64,000 nucleotides of DNA from contig JAFGJQ010000501.1 in assembly GCA_016929015.1 (NCBI GenBank), forward strand, positions 26,823 through 90,822. The letters are read 5' to 3'. Source of the DNA: Phycisphaerae bacterium (GTDB lineage Bacteria > Planctomycetota > Phycisphaerae > UBA1845). Both the position numbers and the translations under genes were made by a program. Positions 19,675-29,822 of this stretch are shown here, piece by piece (position 1 is the stretch's first letter; every line of letters begins with the position of its first letter). Under the pieces are notes generated by a model that did not search any database, had not been told where the DNA came from, and saw only the letters and a program-made list of their open reading frames with translations.

Positions 19675-20336
19675 GCCGTCTCCGTCTCTACGCCGCTTTC
19701 GGTGTCGTCGTCGGGCTCGTTGTCGTCCGACGTGGCGCTCTGGGCCAGCTTGCTCTTGGCGATCTTCGCCCGACCGACGCCCGCGGTCATCTCATCGCCC
19801 AGCTTGATACGAATGACGCGGATCGCGTTTCGCGATTCGGGAATCTTGACCTTTTCGAACAGGTTGACGCGCTGAACGATCCGGTTGAGCTCGCGGCTCA
19901 GCAGGCGATACGCCTCGTCCAGCACGTTCAGGCGGGCCTGGAATCGGCTGAGCCCGCGCAGGTCCTCGAGCGCCCGGTCCACCCAGGCCGGCGTGCCGAA
20001 CAGGCTGTACTCGGCCGGCGGGAACACCGCCTCCTCGAAGGCGGGCAGGCTAACGCCCGCGACGTTGAAACGGGACGTGCGGACCTCGGCCGGCTCCGCC
20101 CATTGCCGCAACGGCAGACCCGCCGGGTCCGCCAGCACCGCCTCGTATTTGCGGAACGCCCGTTTGGCCGCGTCCAGTTCGCTTTGCACCTCGGCCCGGT
20201 GCCGGGCCGCTTCCCGCAGCGTCATCTGCAACTGCTGCTGCTTGAGCTTCAGCATGGGCAGAAACCGCTGGTAGCGCGTCAGCCGGTCACGCTGGCGCTT
20301 CAGTTCGGGGCGTGTCAGTTTGATCTTTGTCGCCAC
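19671..20336 (-). CDS. atpD: V-type ATPase subunit D
   Basis: IKLTRPELKRQRDRLTRYQRFLPMLKLKQQQL is the typical subunit D N-terminus. The protein is predicted coiled-coil throughout. Confidence 0.8.
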   Translation of the reverse strand: MATKIKLTRPELKRQRDRLTRYQRFLPMLKLKQQQLQMTLREAARHRAEVQSELDAAKRAFRKYEAVLADPAGLPLRQWAEPAEVRTSRFNVAGVSLPAFEEAVFPPAEYSLFGTPAWVDRALEDLRGLSRFQARLNVLDEAYRLLSRELNRIVQRVNLFEKVKIPESRNAIRVIRIKLGDEMTAGVGRAKIAKSKLAQSATSDDNEPDDDTESGVETETA

Positions 20337-20355
20337 GTTCGGCCGATCTCCGCGG

Positions 20356-21657
20356 TCACGTCAACGGCTTGGGCCAGTGCTCCTCGATGATCGCCCGCCG
20401 GATGCCCGTCTCCGCCGGCTCGAAGCACTCCGCCAGAATCGCCCAGCACCGGTCCAGGGCCTCGAACAGCGGAATGTTGACCGACAGGTCCATGATCTTC
20501 TCTTCAAACAACGTTCCGTAGGTCAGCAACCGCTTATCCCACTCGGACATCTCGAAGCCCATGTCTCTCTTCTCACGGCTCTCGCGGCACAGGGCGTACA
20601 ACTGGATGCAGCCGTCCATGATGGCCCGGTGGTCGTCACGGGTCTTGCCGTTGACCTGCTGCTTCAGCCGCGACAGCGACCCGAAGGGCTCGATGCGCCC
20701 GTTTCGCAGGTAGAACTGTCCTTCCGTGATGTAGCCGGTGTTGTCCGGGACGGGATGGGTTACGTCGTCGCCCGGCATCGTGACGCAGGCCAGGACGGTC
20801 ATCGACCCGCTCCCGTCGAAGTCCACGGCCTTCTCGTAGCGGCGGGCCAGTTGCGTGTACAGGTCGCCCGGGTACCCCCGGTTCGACGGGATTTGCTCCA
20901 TGACGATCGCGATTTCCTTCAGCGCGTCGGCGAAGGCGGTCATGTCGGTCAGCAGCACGAGCACCGTCTTGCCCTGCAGGGCAAACTGCTCGCCGACCGC
21001 CAGGCACAGATCGGGAACCAGCAGGCACTCCACCACGGGATCGGCCGCGGTGTGAACGAACATGATGGCACGGCCGAGCACGCCGCCCTGTTCGAACGCG
21101 TCGCGGAACTTCAGGTAATCATCGTGTCGAAGGCCCATGCCGCCCAGAATGATGATGTCCGCGTTGGCCTGCAGCCCCACGCGGGCCAGCAGCTCGTTGT
21201 ACGGCTCGCCCGCCACGGAGAAGATCGGCAGCTTCTGCGACTCCACGAGCGAGTTGAAAATGTCAATCATCGGAATGCCGGTATGCACCATCTTGTCCGG
21301 CATGCGGCGCTTCACCGGGTTGATGGCGGGGGTGCCGAGGTCGATCGGCGGCGCGTCCACCGGACCGCGGCCGTCGCGCGGGCGGCCCGAGCCGTCAAAC
21401 ACGCGACCCAGCAGGGCGTCCGAGAAGGGCACCTGCATCGGCTTGTGCAGAAACCGCACCCGGTCGTTGTTCGAAACGCCCTGCGTGCCGGCGAACACCT
21501 GCAGACTCACCTCGCGGTCGTCCAGCCGGATCACCTGCGCCAGCGATTCGCCCCGGTCCGACGTCAGCACGGCCAGATCGTCGTAGCCCACGCCGCCGGC
21601 CTTCACCGTCACTACGTTCCCGGCAATCCGGGTGATATCGTCGAAGTACTTCCTCAT
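20356..21657 (-). CDS. atpB: V-type ATPase subunit B
   Basis: [38 protein letters not shown] and [18 protein letters not shown]. There is a 4-nt overlap with atpA. Confidence 0.9.
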   Translation of the reverse strand: MRKYFDDITRIAGNVVTVKAGGVGYDDLAVLTSDRGESLAQVIRLDDREVSLQVFAGTQGVSNNDRVRFLHKPMQVPFSDALLGRVFDGSGRPRDGRGPVDAPPIDLGTPAINPVKRRMPDKMVHTGIPMIDIFNSLVESQKLPIFSVAGEPYNELLARVGLQANADIIILGGMGLRHDDYLKFRDAFEQGGVLGRAIMFVHTAADPVVECLLVPDLCLAVGEQFALQGKTVLVLLTDMTAFADALKEIAIVMEQIPSNRGYPGDLYTQLARRYEKAVDFDGSGSMTVLACVTMPGDDVTHPVPDNTGYITEGQFYLRNGRIEPFGSLSRLKQQVNGKTRDDHRAIMDGCIQLYALCRESREKRDMGFEMSEWDKRLLTYGTLFEEKIMDLSVNIPLFEALDRCWAILAECFEPAETGIRRAIIEEHWPKPLT

Positions 21658-23381
21658 TCCTCACGCCCCTTCGTGGCGATGAAATGGTTGATCCGCTCCA
21701 GCAGCGTGCGGTACTCGTCACCGTCGCTGGCGGCGTAATTCCAGTTGCGAAACAGGTCCGTCCCCCGCACGATCGTCTGACGCGCCACGGTCTTGTCGTC
21801 AAACCCGAAATCCAGGTCCAGGATCTCGAGAATCTTGTCAAAGACCACCCGTTGCCGATCGGCCGGCGTCGCCCCGTCCACTTCGTCGAAAGCGTTCTGC
21901 TGGAGATAGCAGTTGTCGAAGAAGTCGGCCTTCAGGGCGATGGTGAAGTCCTCCGTGGAGGTGCCTTCTTCGCCGACCACGGTCATCATCTGGCTGATCT
22001 CGTTGCCCCGGGCCAGCAGGTGGCGCACCCGGGCCACCTTGTCCGGATCAATGACGCCCTGGTACTTGCTCCACGACTCCAGGGGGTCGATGGCGGGGTA
22101 GCGGCGCGCGTCACTGCGCGCCCGCGACAGCCCGTGAAACGCGCCCACGACCTTCAGCGTGCCCTGCGTGACGGGCTCCTCGAAGTTCCCGCCCGCCGGG
22201 CTTACCGTCCCGCCGATGGTCAACGAGCCGATCTTCCCGTTTCGCAACTCGATGGCCCCGGCACGCTCGTAGAACGCCGCGATGCGGCTTTCCAGGTAGG
22301 CCGGGAAGGCCTCCTCGCCGGGAATCTCCTCCAGCCGGCCCGACAGCTCGCGCATCGCCTGGGCCCATCGTGACGTGGAGTCGGCCAGCAGCAGCACGTG
22401 CAGGCCCATCTGGCGGTAGTACTCGGCCAGGGTCGCGGCCGTGTACACCGACGCCTCCCGGGCCGCTACCGGCATGGCCGACGTGTTGCAGATGATGATT
22501 GTCCGCTCCATCAGGCTGCGCCCGGTGCGCGGGTCGATCAGCAGGGGGAACTCACGCAACGTCTCGACGACTTCGCCGGCCCGCTCGCCGCAGGCGGCCA
22601 CAATCATCACGTCGATCTCCGCGTGCCGCGCGGTGATCTGCTGCAGCACCGTCTTGCCCGCACCGAACGGACCGGGAATGCAGTACGTTCCGCCGCGCAC
22701 GATCGGGAACAGCGAGTCGATGATTCGCACACGCGTGGTCAACGGCTCCGACGGCATCAGCCGCCGGCGCGAGACGTTGAGCGGGACCTTCACCGGCCAA
22801 TCCTGCTGCATGCGCACGGTATGCGACTGCCCGGTAGAGTCCTTCAGCACGGCAATGTCGTCCGCGATGGTGTACTCACCCGCCGCCGCGATCGACTCGA
22901 CGGTGAACGTTCCCTTCCAACTGAAGGGCACCATGATCTGGTGTGTGAAGATGCCCTCCGGCACGGAGCCCAGCGCATCGCCGCACTCCACCGTCGCGCC
23001 CGGGGCCACCTCCGGGGTGAACGCCCATTGCCGGTCGGGCAGCAGGCCGTCGATGTACGTGCCGGGCTGCAGGAAGAACCCCACCTGCCCCGCCAGCTTG
23101 GGCAGCGGATTCTGCAGGCCGTCGTAAATCTGGCCGAGAAGCCCGGGCCCAAGCATCACGGACAGCATCTCGCGGCGGAACTCGACCTCGTCGCCGACCT
23201 TCAGCCCGCGGGTCTCCTCAAAAACCTGCAGGTCCGCCACGTTCCCGCGAACCCGCACCACCTCCGACAACAGCCGTACACCGTCGGATCGCACGCAGTA
23301 CCCGACCGAGTTCTGCACCACCCGGGTATCCGTCTCGGCGATCACGAGGTTTCCGAACACCGCTACGATCTTGCCAGTCAA
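21654..23381 (-). CDS. atpA: V-type ATPase catalytic subunit A
   Basis: Walker [11 protein letters not shown], Walker [26 protein letters not shown] and [21 protein letters not shown]. Confidence 0.92.
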   Translation of the reverse strand: MTGKIVAVFGNLVIAETDTRVVQNSVGYCVRSDGVRLLSEVVRVRGNVADLQVFEETRGLKVGDEVEFRREMLSVMLGPGLLGQIYDGLQNPLPKLAGQVGFFLQPGTYIDGLLPDRQWAFTPEVAPGATVECGDALGSVPEGIFTHQIMVPFSWKGTFTVESIAAAGEYTIADDIAVLKDSTGQSHTVRMQQDWPVKVPLNVSRRRLMPSEPLTTRVRIIDSLFPIVRGGTYCIPGPFGAGKTVLQQITARHAEIDVMIVAACGERAGEVVETLREFPLLIDPRTGRSLMERTIIICNTSAMPVAAREASVYTAATLAEYYRQMGLHVLLLADSTSRWAQAMRELSGRLEEIPGEEAFPAYLESRIAAFYERAGAIELRNGKIGSLTIGGTVSPAGGNFEEPVTQGTLKVVGAFHGLSRARSDARRYPAIDPLESWSKYQGVIDPDKVARVRHLLARGNEISQMMTVVGEEGTSTEDFTIALKADFFDNCYLQQNAFDEVDGATPADRQRVVFDKILEILDLDFGFDDKTVARQTIVRGTDLFRNWNYAASDGDEYRTLLERINHFIATKGREE

Positions 23382-24121
23382 CCTGTTGCCCTTTCGAGAG
23401 AGAGTGACGACTCGTCTGCGGAAGTGCCGGCAAGGCCGCCCTCCTCGGCGTCAACCACTCGCTTCCATTGCTGCATCAGCGCCAGCTTGGCCGCGAAGGC
23501 CGCCAGTTCGTCGTCCTGGAACGAGTACCACGCTTCGTGCGCCGTCAGCCAGTTCCACCGCGTGCGGATCAGCACCCGCAGCCCGTCCAGGGGAGTCGTT
23601 GCGGCCGACCACTCGTTCAGTACCGTCTCCAACGCCGCCTGGGGGTCTGCCAGGTCCGCCGCGACCCGAAAGCCGACTTCGTCGAGCCCCAGCCGTTTTG
23701 CCCGTGCCACCACCAGCGCGTCTCGCAAAGCCACCTCGAACCCGACCCAATGCTTCAGGAAAGCACTCCCGCATTGGCAGGCCACACGATGTGCATGACG
23801 AAAAGCCGCCTCCCACAGGCCGTCGACCCGCGAGACCAGCGATCCCGACTCGGCGGGCACCGCCAGGTGCGGCGGCAGAGGAGCCTCGTTTCGCGTCTGA
23901 GCGGCCGTGAGCACCGCCGGCTCGACCGCTCGGAGTTCTCCCGCCAGAAACGCCTCCCGCTGCACCAGATCGTCAAACAGCAGGATCGATTCCACCAGGG
24001 CACTCGCGCATGGCAGGGCGGCTACGTGCTCAAGCAGCCAGCCCGGGCTGACCGGTGGCGTCGTCCCTAGCTCGCCCAATGCGGGTAAAGCGGAGATGTA
24101 AAAACAACGGTCGCTTTTCAT
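23378..24121 (-). CDS. DUF2764-like protein embedded in the V-ATPase operon (putative C/d-subunit analogue)
   Basis: It sits between the E and A subunit genes, with a 4-nt overlap with atpA. The N-terminus CFYISALPALGE resembles the YYL.SSLP.L start of DUF2764 proteins found at the same operon position in Bacteroidota-type V-ATPase operons. Assigned from memory, not from a profile search. Confidence 0.6.
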   Translation of the reverse strand: MKSDRCFYISALPALGELGTTPPVSPGWLLEHVAALPCASALVESILLFDDLVQREAFLAGELRAVEPAVLTAAQTRNEAPLPPHLAVPAESGSLVSRVDGLWEAAFRHAHRVACQCGSAFLKHWVGFEVALRDALVVARAKRLGLDEVGFRVAADLADPQAALETVLNEWSAATTPLDGLRVLIRTRWNWLTAHEAWYSFQDDELAAFAAKLALMQQWKRVVDAEEGGLAGTSADESSLSLERATG

Positions 24122-24125
24122 ATTC

Positions 24126-24755
24126 TCAGTGGTCGTCGGTCGCGGCGTGGAAGACGATGTTCTTCAACTCCGGCCCCACGATGCCGGCCAGTACCTCCAC
24201 CACGGATTCCAGCGTCACCTCGACTGTCCCGTCGACCAGCGTGTACTCGAATCCGTCGGCTTTGAGGTTCTTGTCCAGCACAACTCCCAGGCCGCCCTTT
24301 CCGGCGTTTTCGACCAGGGTGCCGACGCCATAGTCCACCAGTTGATGATGCATCGACTCCGGGATGTTGATGGTCATTGTCTCCCGGCCCTCGATGTCCG
24401 CCTTCACATACTCCATCACGACTTCGCGCAGGAGTTTTGCGAAGAATTCCGGATCTGTCAGCTCTCTCTGGGCCGCTCTGGTCAGGATGTCCCGCATGGC
24501 CCGATTGAGCGAACCCTGCAGCCGGACGATGGTGTCACGGGCCGCGAGGTGCAGTTCCGTCGCCGCGCGGGCCTCAATCTTCTCACGCTTGGCTTCCGCA
24601 CTGGCAAGCAACTGCTCCGCCCGGGCCTCGGCCTCGGCGATCACCTGCTTGGCCTGCTCCTCCGCCTCGGCGCGAATCTTGTCCGCGGCCATCTGGCCCG
24701 CTCGCACTCCGTCAGCCTGAAGCTTGCTGACGAAAGCTTCTAGTGTCTCTGGCAT
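24126..24755 (-). CDS. atpE: V-type ATPase subunit E
   Basis: First gene of the operon. N-terminal coiled coil (KIRAEAEEQAKQVIAEAEARAEQLLASAEAKREKIEARA) followed by a globular C-terminal domain. Confidence 0.7.
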   Translation of the reverse strand: MPETLEAFVSKLQADGVRAGQMAADKIRAEAEEQAKQVIAEAEARAEQLLASAEAKREKIEARAATELHLAARDTIVRLQGSLNRAMRDILTRAAQRELTDPEFFAKLLREVVMEYVKADIEGRETMTINIPESMHHQLVDYGVGTLVENAGKGGLGVVLDKNLKADGFEYTLVDGTVEVTLESVVEVLAGIVGPELKNIVFHAATDDH

Positions 24756-25742
24756 CTCACGACTCCATTCACTACGCCGCTGCCCGGCGTGCGCATTGGC
24801 CCCGCCCCGTCCGAATGGCCGGGCCGGTAGATTACCTTATCGGCCATTCTCCCTCTCATCCCCCTGTTTTCCGTATCCCGTCGGCCGGGACCCGGCTCGA
24901 CCGGTCTGGTCACGCGATGCCTGTCAGGGGCGGGCCGGAGCCAGGGCCTGTCACCGCCGCGGGCGTCTCGGTCCCGGATCGGTCCAGGCAAAACGGCGCT
25001 CCCCCGACAGGCCGACCGCGGCCCGCGGCAGATGACCTGGCGTGCCGATCCACGCTTTGTGGCGCGGACAGACCCCCGCGCGATGCGAGACGCATTCTCC
25101 CGCGCCCTCTGACGCAGAATCGGACACCCGGAACCGGCCGGCCGAATCGTCGTCGCTGTATCGACCGGGTTCCGGCATACGCTTGCCGCCAATCGCATCA
25201 TGGGGCGAGGCGGCGCCCCGTCCCCACCCTCACGCCGCACGCCAGGCGGGTATCATGGCGGCAAGCCCGGCAAATTTCCACTGTCGTCCGATAAAATCCG
25301 CCGGAACCCGTTGTAGCATGGGAGCTAACGCAAGACAACGGGCGACTGCGGCAACATGCGGCCCGCGGTCCCCGGGCGGGCCGATTGCCTTGACTTCCGG
25401 GCCCACGTTCGATTAACGTCAAGGCTGATCGAGCCGGGGAACTGGCACCTGTCCGTTCCCCATGGAGCGGTCCAGGGAGAACACAGGACTGTATCGAGCC
25501 CGTCAACACATTGCACCACCGGGGTAGAGAACGTCGGCCGGCATTGCAAAGATGGTTCCGGAACCACGAGGGCCCGGCGCAATCTACGGGCCGGCCCGGC
25601 CCATCGCCCGTCGGCAAGGCGCGCATCGCTTCGCGTGATCCGGGTGTGCAGACCGTCCGCGATCGGGCTCGCGCAGGTAGCTCGGGATGACAGCCCAAGG
25701 CTTCTGTGACGGAGCGTTTGCCCACGCAGGCTAGGAACCAAG

Positions 25743-27284
25743 ATGAACGACACACCACGCCCGACGGAGTCTGCCACATCGGCGGACACGCCTCTTTCGC
25801 CCGACCCGGATGCTTCACTCGGCTTCGCCCTGACCCCGGAGGAGGAGGAGGCACTGGCCGGAATGTCCATGTTTGATGTCACGGACACCGCAGACCCGTC
25901 GTCGGCGCCCACGGAAGGAGCGGAGACGGTGATCCGGGTGAAGATCGTCAAGGTTCACCGGGACGACGTGTTCGTGGAGCTGGGGGCGAAGGCCGAAGGC
26001 GTCGTGCCGCGGGTCCAGTTCAAGGGGGGCGAAGACGAACCCGTCGAGGGGCGGATCATCGACGTCGTGTTTGACCGGTACGACCGGGAATCAAACCTCC
26101 AGATCTTCTCTCGGGAAGGCGCGGCCCGGATCGCAAGCTGGGAGTCGCTGAAGCCGGGCCTGGTCGTGGAAGGACGCGTTTCCGGCATGAATAAGGGCGG
26201 CCTCGAAGTCGACATGAAGGGCATTCGCGGGTTCATGCCGGCCTCTCACTGCGACGTGGACCGTACATTCGACATCTCAAATCTGATCGGCGACGTGGTC
26301 CGCTGCCAGGTGCTGGAGGTGGATCGCCGCGACAAGAATGTCCTGGTCAGCCGCCGAAAGGTCCAGGAAGCCGAGTTCATGGAGGCCCGCAAGCAGTTGC
26401 TCACCGAGCTGGCGGAGGGCCAGCTCCGCCAGGGCGTGGTCCGTAACGTTACAGACTATGGGGCGTTCGTGGACATAGGCGGGGTGGACGGGCTGTTGCA
26501 CGTCAGCGACATGAGCTGGTCGCAGGTGGACAAACCCAGCGACATGGTGCATGTAGGCCAGCGCGTGGACGTGAAAGTGCTGAAGATCAAGCAGGGCGAA
26601 GAGGGCAAGCTGCGCATTTCGCTTGGGCTCAAACAAGCCACACCCGACCCCTGGGCGAACGTCGAGCGGGACTTCCCCGTCGGCACCTCGCTGAAGGCCC
26701 GCGTCGTGCGGCTGACCGACTTCGGCGCGTTCGCGGAGGTCACCCAGGGGGTGGAGGCCCTGATTCCGATCAGTGAGATGAGCTGGGGCCGGATCAACCG
26801 GCCCAAGGACCTGCTTTCCGTCGGGGAAATGGTGGACGTGGTCATCATCCGGCTGGAGCTGGACAAGCGGCGGATGGCCCTCAGCATGAAACAGGCCGCG
26901 CCGGACCCGTGGGAGGGCGTGGACGCCGATTTCCCGGCGGAGGCCGTGGTCACCGGCCGAGTCACGAAGACCGCCGATTTCGGCGCTTTCGTGGAGCTTC
27001 GGCCCGGCGTGGAAGGCCTGATCCACATCTCGGAACTTTCCGACAGCCACGTGCGCCGGCCGACCGACGTGGTGCAGGCGGGCCAGGATGTGCAGGTCAA
27101 AGTGCTGGGTGTGGACATGGAGCATCGGCGGATATCCCTGTCCATCAAGGCTCTGACCGCGTCTGCCGTTGCGGAGGCGCTGGCAGAAACCGCACCGGCC
27201 AAACAGACCAAGAAGCGTAAAAAACCCCTGCGCGGCGGGTATAGCACGGAGGGCGGCGGGCTCTTTGACGGCCTGCTGCGCTGA
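25743..27284 (+). CDS. rpsA: 30S ribosomal protein S1
   Basis: Repeated S1 OB-fold motifs: GVVRNVTDYGAFVDIGGVDGLLHVSDMSW, ARVVRLTDFGAFAEVTQGVEALIPISEMSW, GRVTKTADFGAFVELRPGVEGLIHISELS and others. There is an acidic N-terminal extension, so the start is somewhat uncertain. Confidence 0.9.
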   Translation: MNDTPRPTESATSADTPLSPDPDASLGFALTPEEEEALAGMSMFDVTDTADPSSAPTEGAETVIRVKIVKVHRDDVFVELGAKAEGVVPRVQFKGGEDEPVEGRIIDVVFDRYDRESNLQIFSREGAARIASWESLKPGLVVEGRVSGMNKGGLEVDMKGIRGFMPASHCDVDRTFDISNLIGDVVRCQVLEVDRRDKNVLVSRRKVQEAEFMEARKQLLTELAEGQLRQGVVRNVTDYGAFVDIGGVDGLLHVSDMSWSQVDKPSDMVHVGQRVDVKVLKIKQGEEGKLRISLGLKQATPDPWANVERDFPVGTSLKARVVRLTDFGAFAEVTQGVEALIPISEMSWGRINRPKDLLSVGEMVDVVIIRLELDKRRMALSMKQAAPDPWEGVDADFPAEAVVTGRVTKTADFGAFVELRPGVEGLIHISELSDSHVRRPTDVVQAGQDVQVKVLGVDMEHRRISLSIKALTASAVAEALAETAPAKQTKKRKKPLRGGYSTEGGGLFDGLLR

Positions 27285-27330
27285 GCCGGCCCGCTGACGC
27301 GCTGCCTGATCAGGCGTATCATCCACCGCC

Positions 27331-28491
27331 ATGACGGTGGCCGAGCATTCCATCCGGGCCAAGGTTGACGCGGGACGTCGCCTATCCGCCGAGGACGGCC
27401 AATGGCTGTACGCCTCCGCGGACCTGCACACGCTGGGACAACTGGCCAACCAAGTCCGGGAACGCCGGCACGGGCGCAGCGCCTACTACAACATCAACCG
27501 GCACATCAACTACACGAACTACTGCGTGCTGCGCTGCAAGTTCTGCTCGTTTTTCCGCCCGTGGCAAAAGGAGGCGGCGGACGGGTACGAGCTGACCGTC
27601 CCACAGATCGCCGATCAGGCGGCAGAGGCTTGCTCACGCGGGGCGACGGAAGTGCATATCGTGGGCGGGCTGCATCCGCGGCTGCCGTTCTCGTACTACA
27701 CCGACATGTGCCGGGAGATTCGCCGCCGCTGCCCGCGGATGTGCATCAAGGCCTTCACCGCCATTGAGATCATCCATTTCACCCGCATCGCCAAGCCACG
27801 GATGAGCATTCGCGACGTGCTGGTGGCGCTGCGGGAGGCGGGGCTGGACGCATTGCCGGGCGGCGGGGCGGAGATCTTCGATCCACGCGTGCACGACGAA
27901 GCGTTCAAGAACAAGGTGGGCGAGGCGGAGTGGTTCGAGGTGCATCGAACGGCCCACGAACTGGGCATCTTCACCAACGCGACCATGCTCTACGGCCACG
28001 TGGAGACGCCGGCGGAACGGATCGCCCACCTGATCAAGCTGCGCGAGCACCAGGACGAATCCTTGCGGTCGCGGCCGGCAAATTTCAACTGCCTGGTGCC
28101 GCTGCCGTTCGTTCCGGAAGGCAGCGCCCTGTCGCACCTGCCCGGCCCCACCGGCCTGACGAACCTGCGGACGCTGGCCGTCTGCCGGCTGATGGCCGAC
28201 AACATTCCGCACCTTAAGGCGTTCTGGATCATGCAGGGGATCAAGCTGTCGCAGGTTTCGCTGAACTGGGGCGTGGACGACCTGGACGGCACGGTCGTCC
28301 ATTACGACATCACCAAGCGGGACGGCGCCTCCACGCACCAGGAGATCACCGTGGACACGCTGCATCGCCTCATCCGCGAGGCCGGCTGCACCCCCATCGA
28401 GCGCGACACCCTCTACCGCCGCGTCCTCCGCACCCCCGACGCCTGGACAACCGGCGATCCCGTTGATCCCGGTTGCGGAACCGGCTCCTGA
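27331..28491 (+). CDS. Futalosine-pathway radical SAM enzyme (MqnE/MqnC family; the two cannot be separated by eye)
   Basis: INYTNYCVLRCKFCSFFR (CxxxCxxC), VHIVGGLHP, LPGGGAEIF, NATMLYGHVETPAERI and FIPLPF-like LVPLPFVPEG. Confidence 0.75.
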   Translation: MTVAEHSIRAKVDAGRRLSAEDGQWLYASADLHTLGQLANQVRERRHGRSAYYNINRHINYTNYCVLRCKFCSFFRPWQKEAADGYELTVPQIADQAAEACSRGATEVHIVGGLHPRLPFSYYTDMCREIRRRCPRMCIKAFTAIEIIHFTRIAKPRMSIRDVLVALREAGLDALPGGGAEIFDPRVHDEAFKNKVGEAEWFEVHRTAHELGIFTNATMLYGHVETPAERIAHLIKLREHQDESLRSRPANFNCLVPLPFVPEGSALSHLPGPTGLTNLRTLAVCRLMADNIPHLKAFWIMQGIKLSQVSLNWGVDDLDGTVVHYDITKRDGASTHQEITVDTLHRLIREAGCTPIERDTLYRRVLRTPDAWTTGDPVDPGCGTGS

Positions 28492-28504
28492 TGGATGACC
28501 GGCC

Positions 28505-28588
28505 TCTGGTGTGGAACCCGTTTCTGGTGTGGCAGCTGTTTCTGGTGTGGCAGCCGTCTCTGGTGTGGGACCGGCTTTCCAGCCGGTC
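28505..28588. repeat. Repeat family A, site 1: four tandem 18-bp units plus a 7-bp-stem hairpin
   Basis: tctggtgtgg recurs at 28505, 28523, 28541 and 28559, an exact 18-bp period. A hairpin gaccggc/tttcca/gccggtc follows at 28569-28588. The site lies immediately 3' of the mqn gene stop, in a convergent intergenic space. Confidence 0.9.
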
Positions 28589-28930
28589 TCTGCTGTTGGG
28601 CCGGTCATCCGTCGGTGAGGTCGCGTTTGCGTTCGAACGCCGTGGTCTCACTACCCGCGTGGTTCACGGACGATGTCCGAAAGCAGATGAAAGCCGGCGA
28701 GGCGCGTCTATTCCGGATCGTCGCCGGTGACGGCATCCGGGCTGGCCGGGTCGAAACTGTCGCGAACGCGTCGCTTGGCCTTCAGAAGGCGACTCGTCGG
28801 CGTGCCGTGGTCACGCGGTACGTCCGTCAGCGGGCCCGGCGCGGGCCGTCAGCCGGCGAATGGCCTGCGGCGTGAATTCCACCGCACCCCCGTCGCCCTC
28901 ACGGCCGCTCGTGCGGAATCGCGAACGTGT

Positions 28931-29221
28931 CTACTTCCCCTTGCCGAATGCGGACTTGACGAGCGCGACGATGGCCAGCAGCACGCCGCCGCCCACGCCG
29001 CCCGACGCGATGCTGCTGATGACGCTCGTCAGGTCGAGCGACCCGCCTTCCGACACGCCGATCCCCGCCTGGTTGAGGAGCTGACCGCCGAGTCCTCCGC
29101 CAAGAATGCCGGCGATCGAGTTGAGCGGCGTGCCCAGGTCGATCTTCTTGATGAGCCTGCCGGCCGCATTGCCACCCACCGCGCCACAGATGAGCTGGAT
29201 GATCAGAGCCAGTGCGTTCAT
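28931..29221 (-). CDS. GlsB/YeaQ/YmgE-family small membrane protein (transglycosylase-associated)
   Basis: 96 aa, Gly-rich TM helices: LICGAVGGNAAGRL, SIAGILGGGLGGQLL and GGVGGGVLLAIVAL. Confidence 0.75.
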   Translation of the reverse strand: MNALALIIQLICGAVGGNAAGRLIKKIDLGTPLNSIAGILGGGLGGQLLNQAGIGVSEGGSLDLTSVISSIASGGVGGGVLLAIVALVKSAFGKGK

Positions 29222-29822
29222 CTCAATCTCCTTCGGTGTAACAGATTTGCACCCACCGTTCCCGCGCCCCGATGCTCGTTCGGTGCCCCTTGGATCGAAA
29301 TGGGAAACGGCCCGCGAATCAGCTTGTTCGGCGCCACTCTTCGGGGCCTTGAGCCGGGCGACGATCCGTCAAACCGCGGACGCACGCCAACGCCGGAGTC
29401 GCCGAGAACAATGAACAAGAGCCTGAACGCTTCGGTCGGAGCCTGCACGAACCGGAACTGGGACTGCCAACCCCCATCCCCCCGACCCTCCGCTCGTCCG
29501 AACGACGATGCGGTTACCCACGTCTGCTCCGACACGCAGGATTATCGAGACAACCCACAACCGCGGCAAGGATGACCTGACGCGAATGTGCCTGTCACGC
29601 AGACGGAGCCGGCCCGGCGAGGCCAAGGTGGAAAGCTGCTGTAATTCCCTGACAAATAGAGCGTTACGCGGCGTGTCCGGCTGCGCGAATCGCCGGCCGT
29701 TCGTGCGATGGTCTGCCGGATCGGAATTCTCTGTCATCCATCGGGGTCTGCCGCTCGTCACGAAGTACAGGCGGAACCGTCGGTGGCACCGCGTGTTCCG
29801 CCCGTCTGAGGAGGCTTGGGGT

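Noticed and set aside
20320-21738. 472-aa plus-strand ORF
   Set aside because: It is antisense to V-ATPase subunit B. Similar shadow ORFs at 21684-22373, 22398-23798 and 18349-19041 were rejected for the same reason.
24756-25742. RNase P RNA, SRP RNA, tmRNA or 6S RNA in the long spacer
   Set aside because: The conserved strings I know for these RNAs were not found by eye on either strand. These are GAGGAAAGUCC and ACAGAA..CGGCUUA for RNase P, the GGAAG...AGCAGCC domain IV of SRP, and the tRNA-like 3' end of tmRNA.
28505-28588. Possible CRISPR array (also considered for 30803-30902, 32478-32554 and 56127-56167)
   Set aside because: The units are contiguous, with 18-, 33- or 7-bp periods and no unique spacers between them. 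There are too few copies, and no cas genes are present in the window.
27634-28608. Minus-strand ORF with the TPETAATPETAATPETGSTPE repeat, and the plus-strand WCG repeat peptide (28495-28875)
   Set aside because: The peptide repeats are simply the 18-bp DNA tandem units read in frame. The minus ORF is otherwise antisense to the mqn gene.
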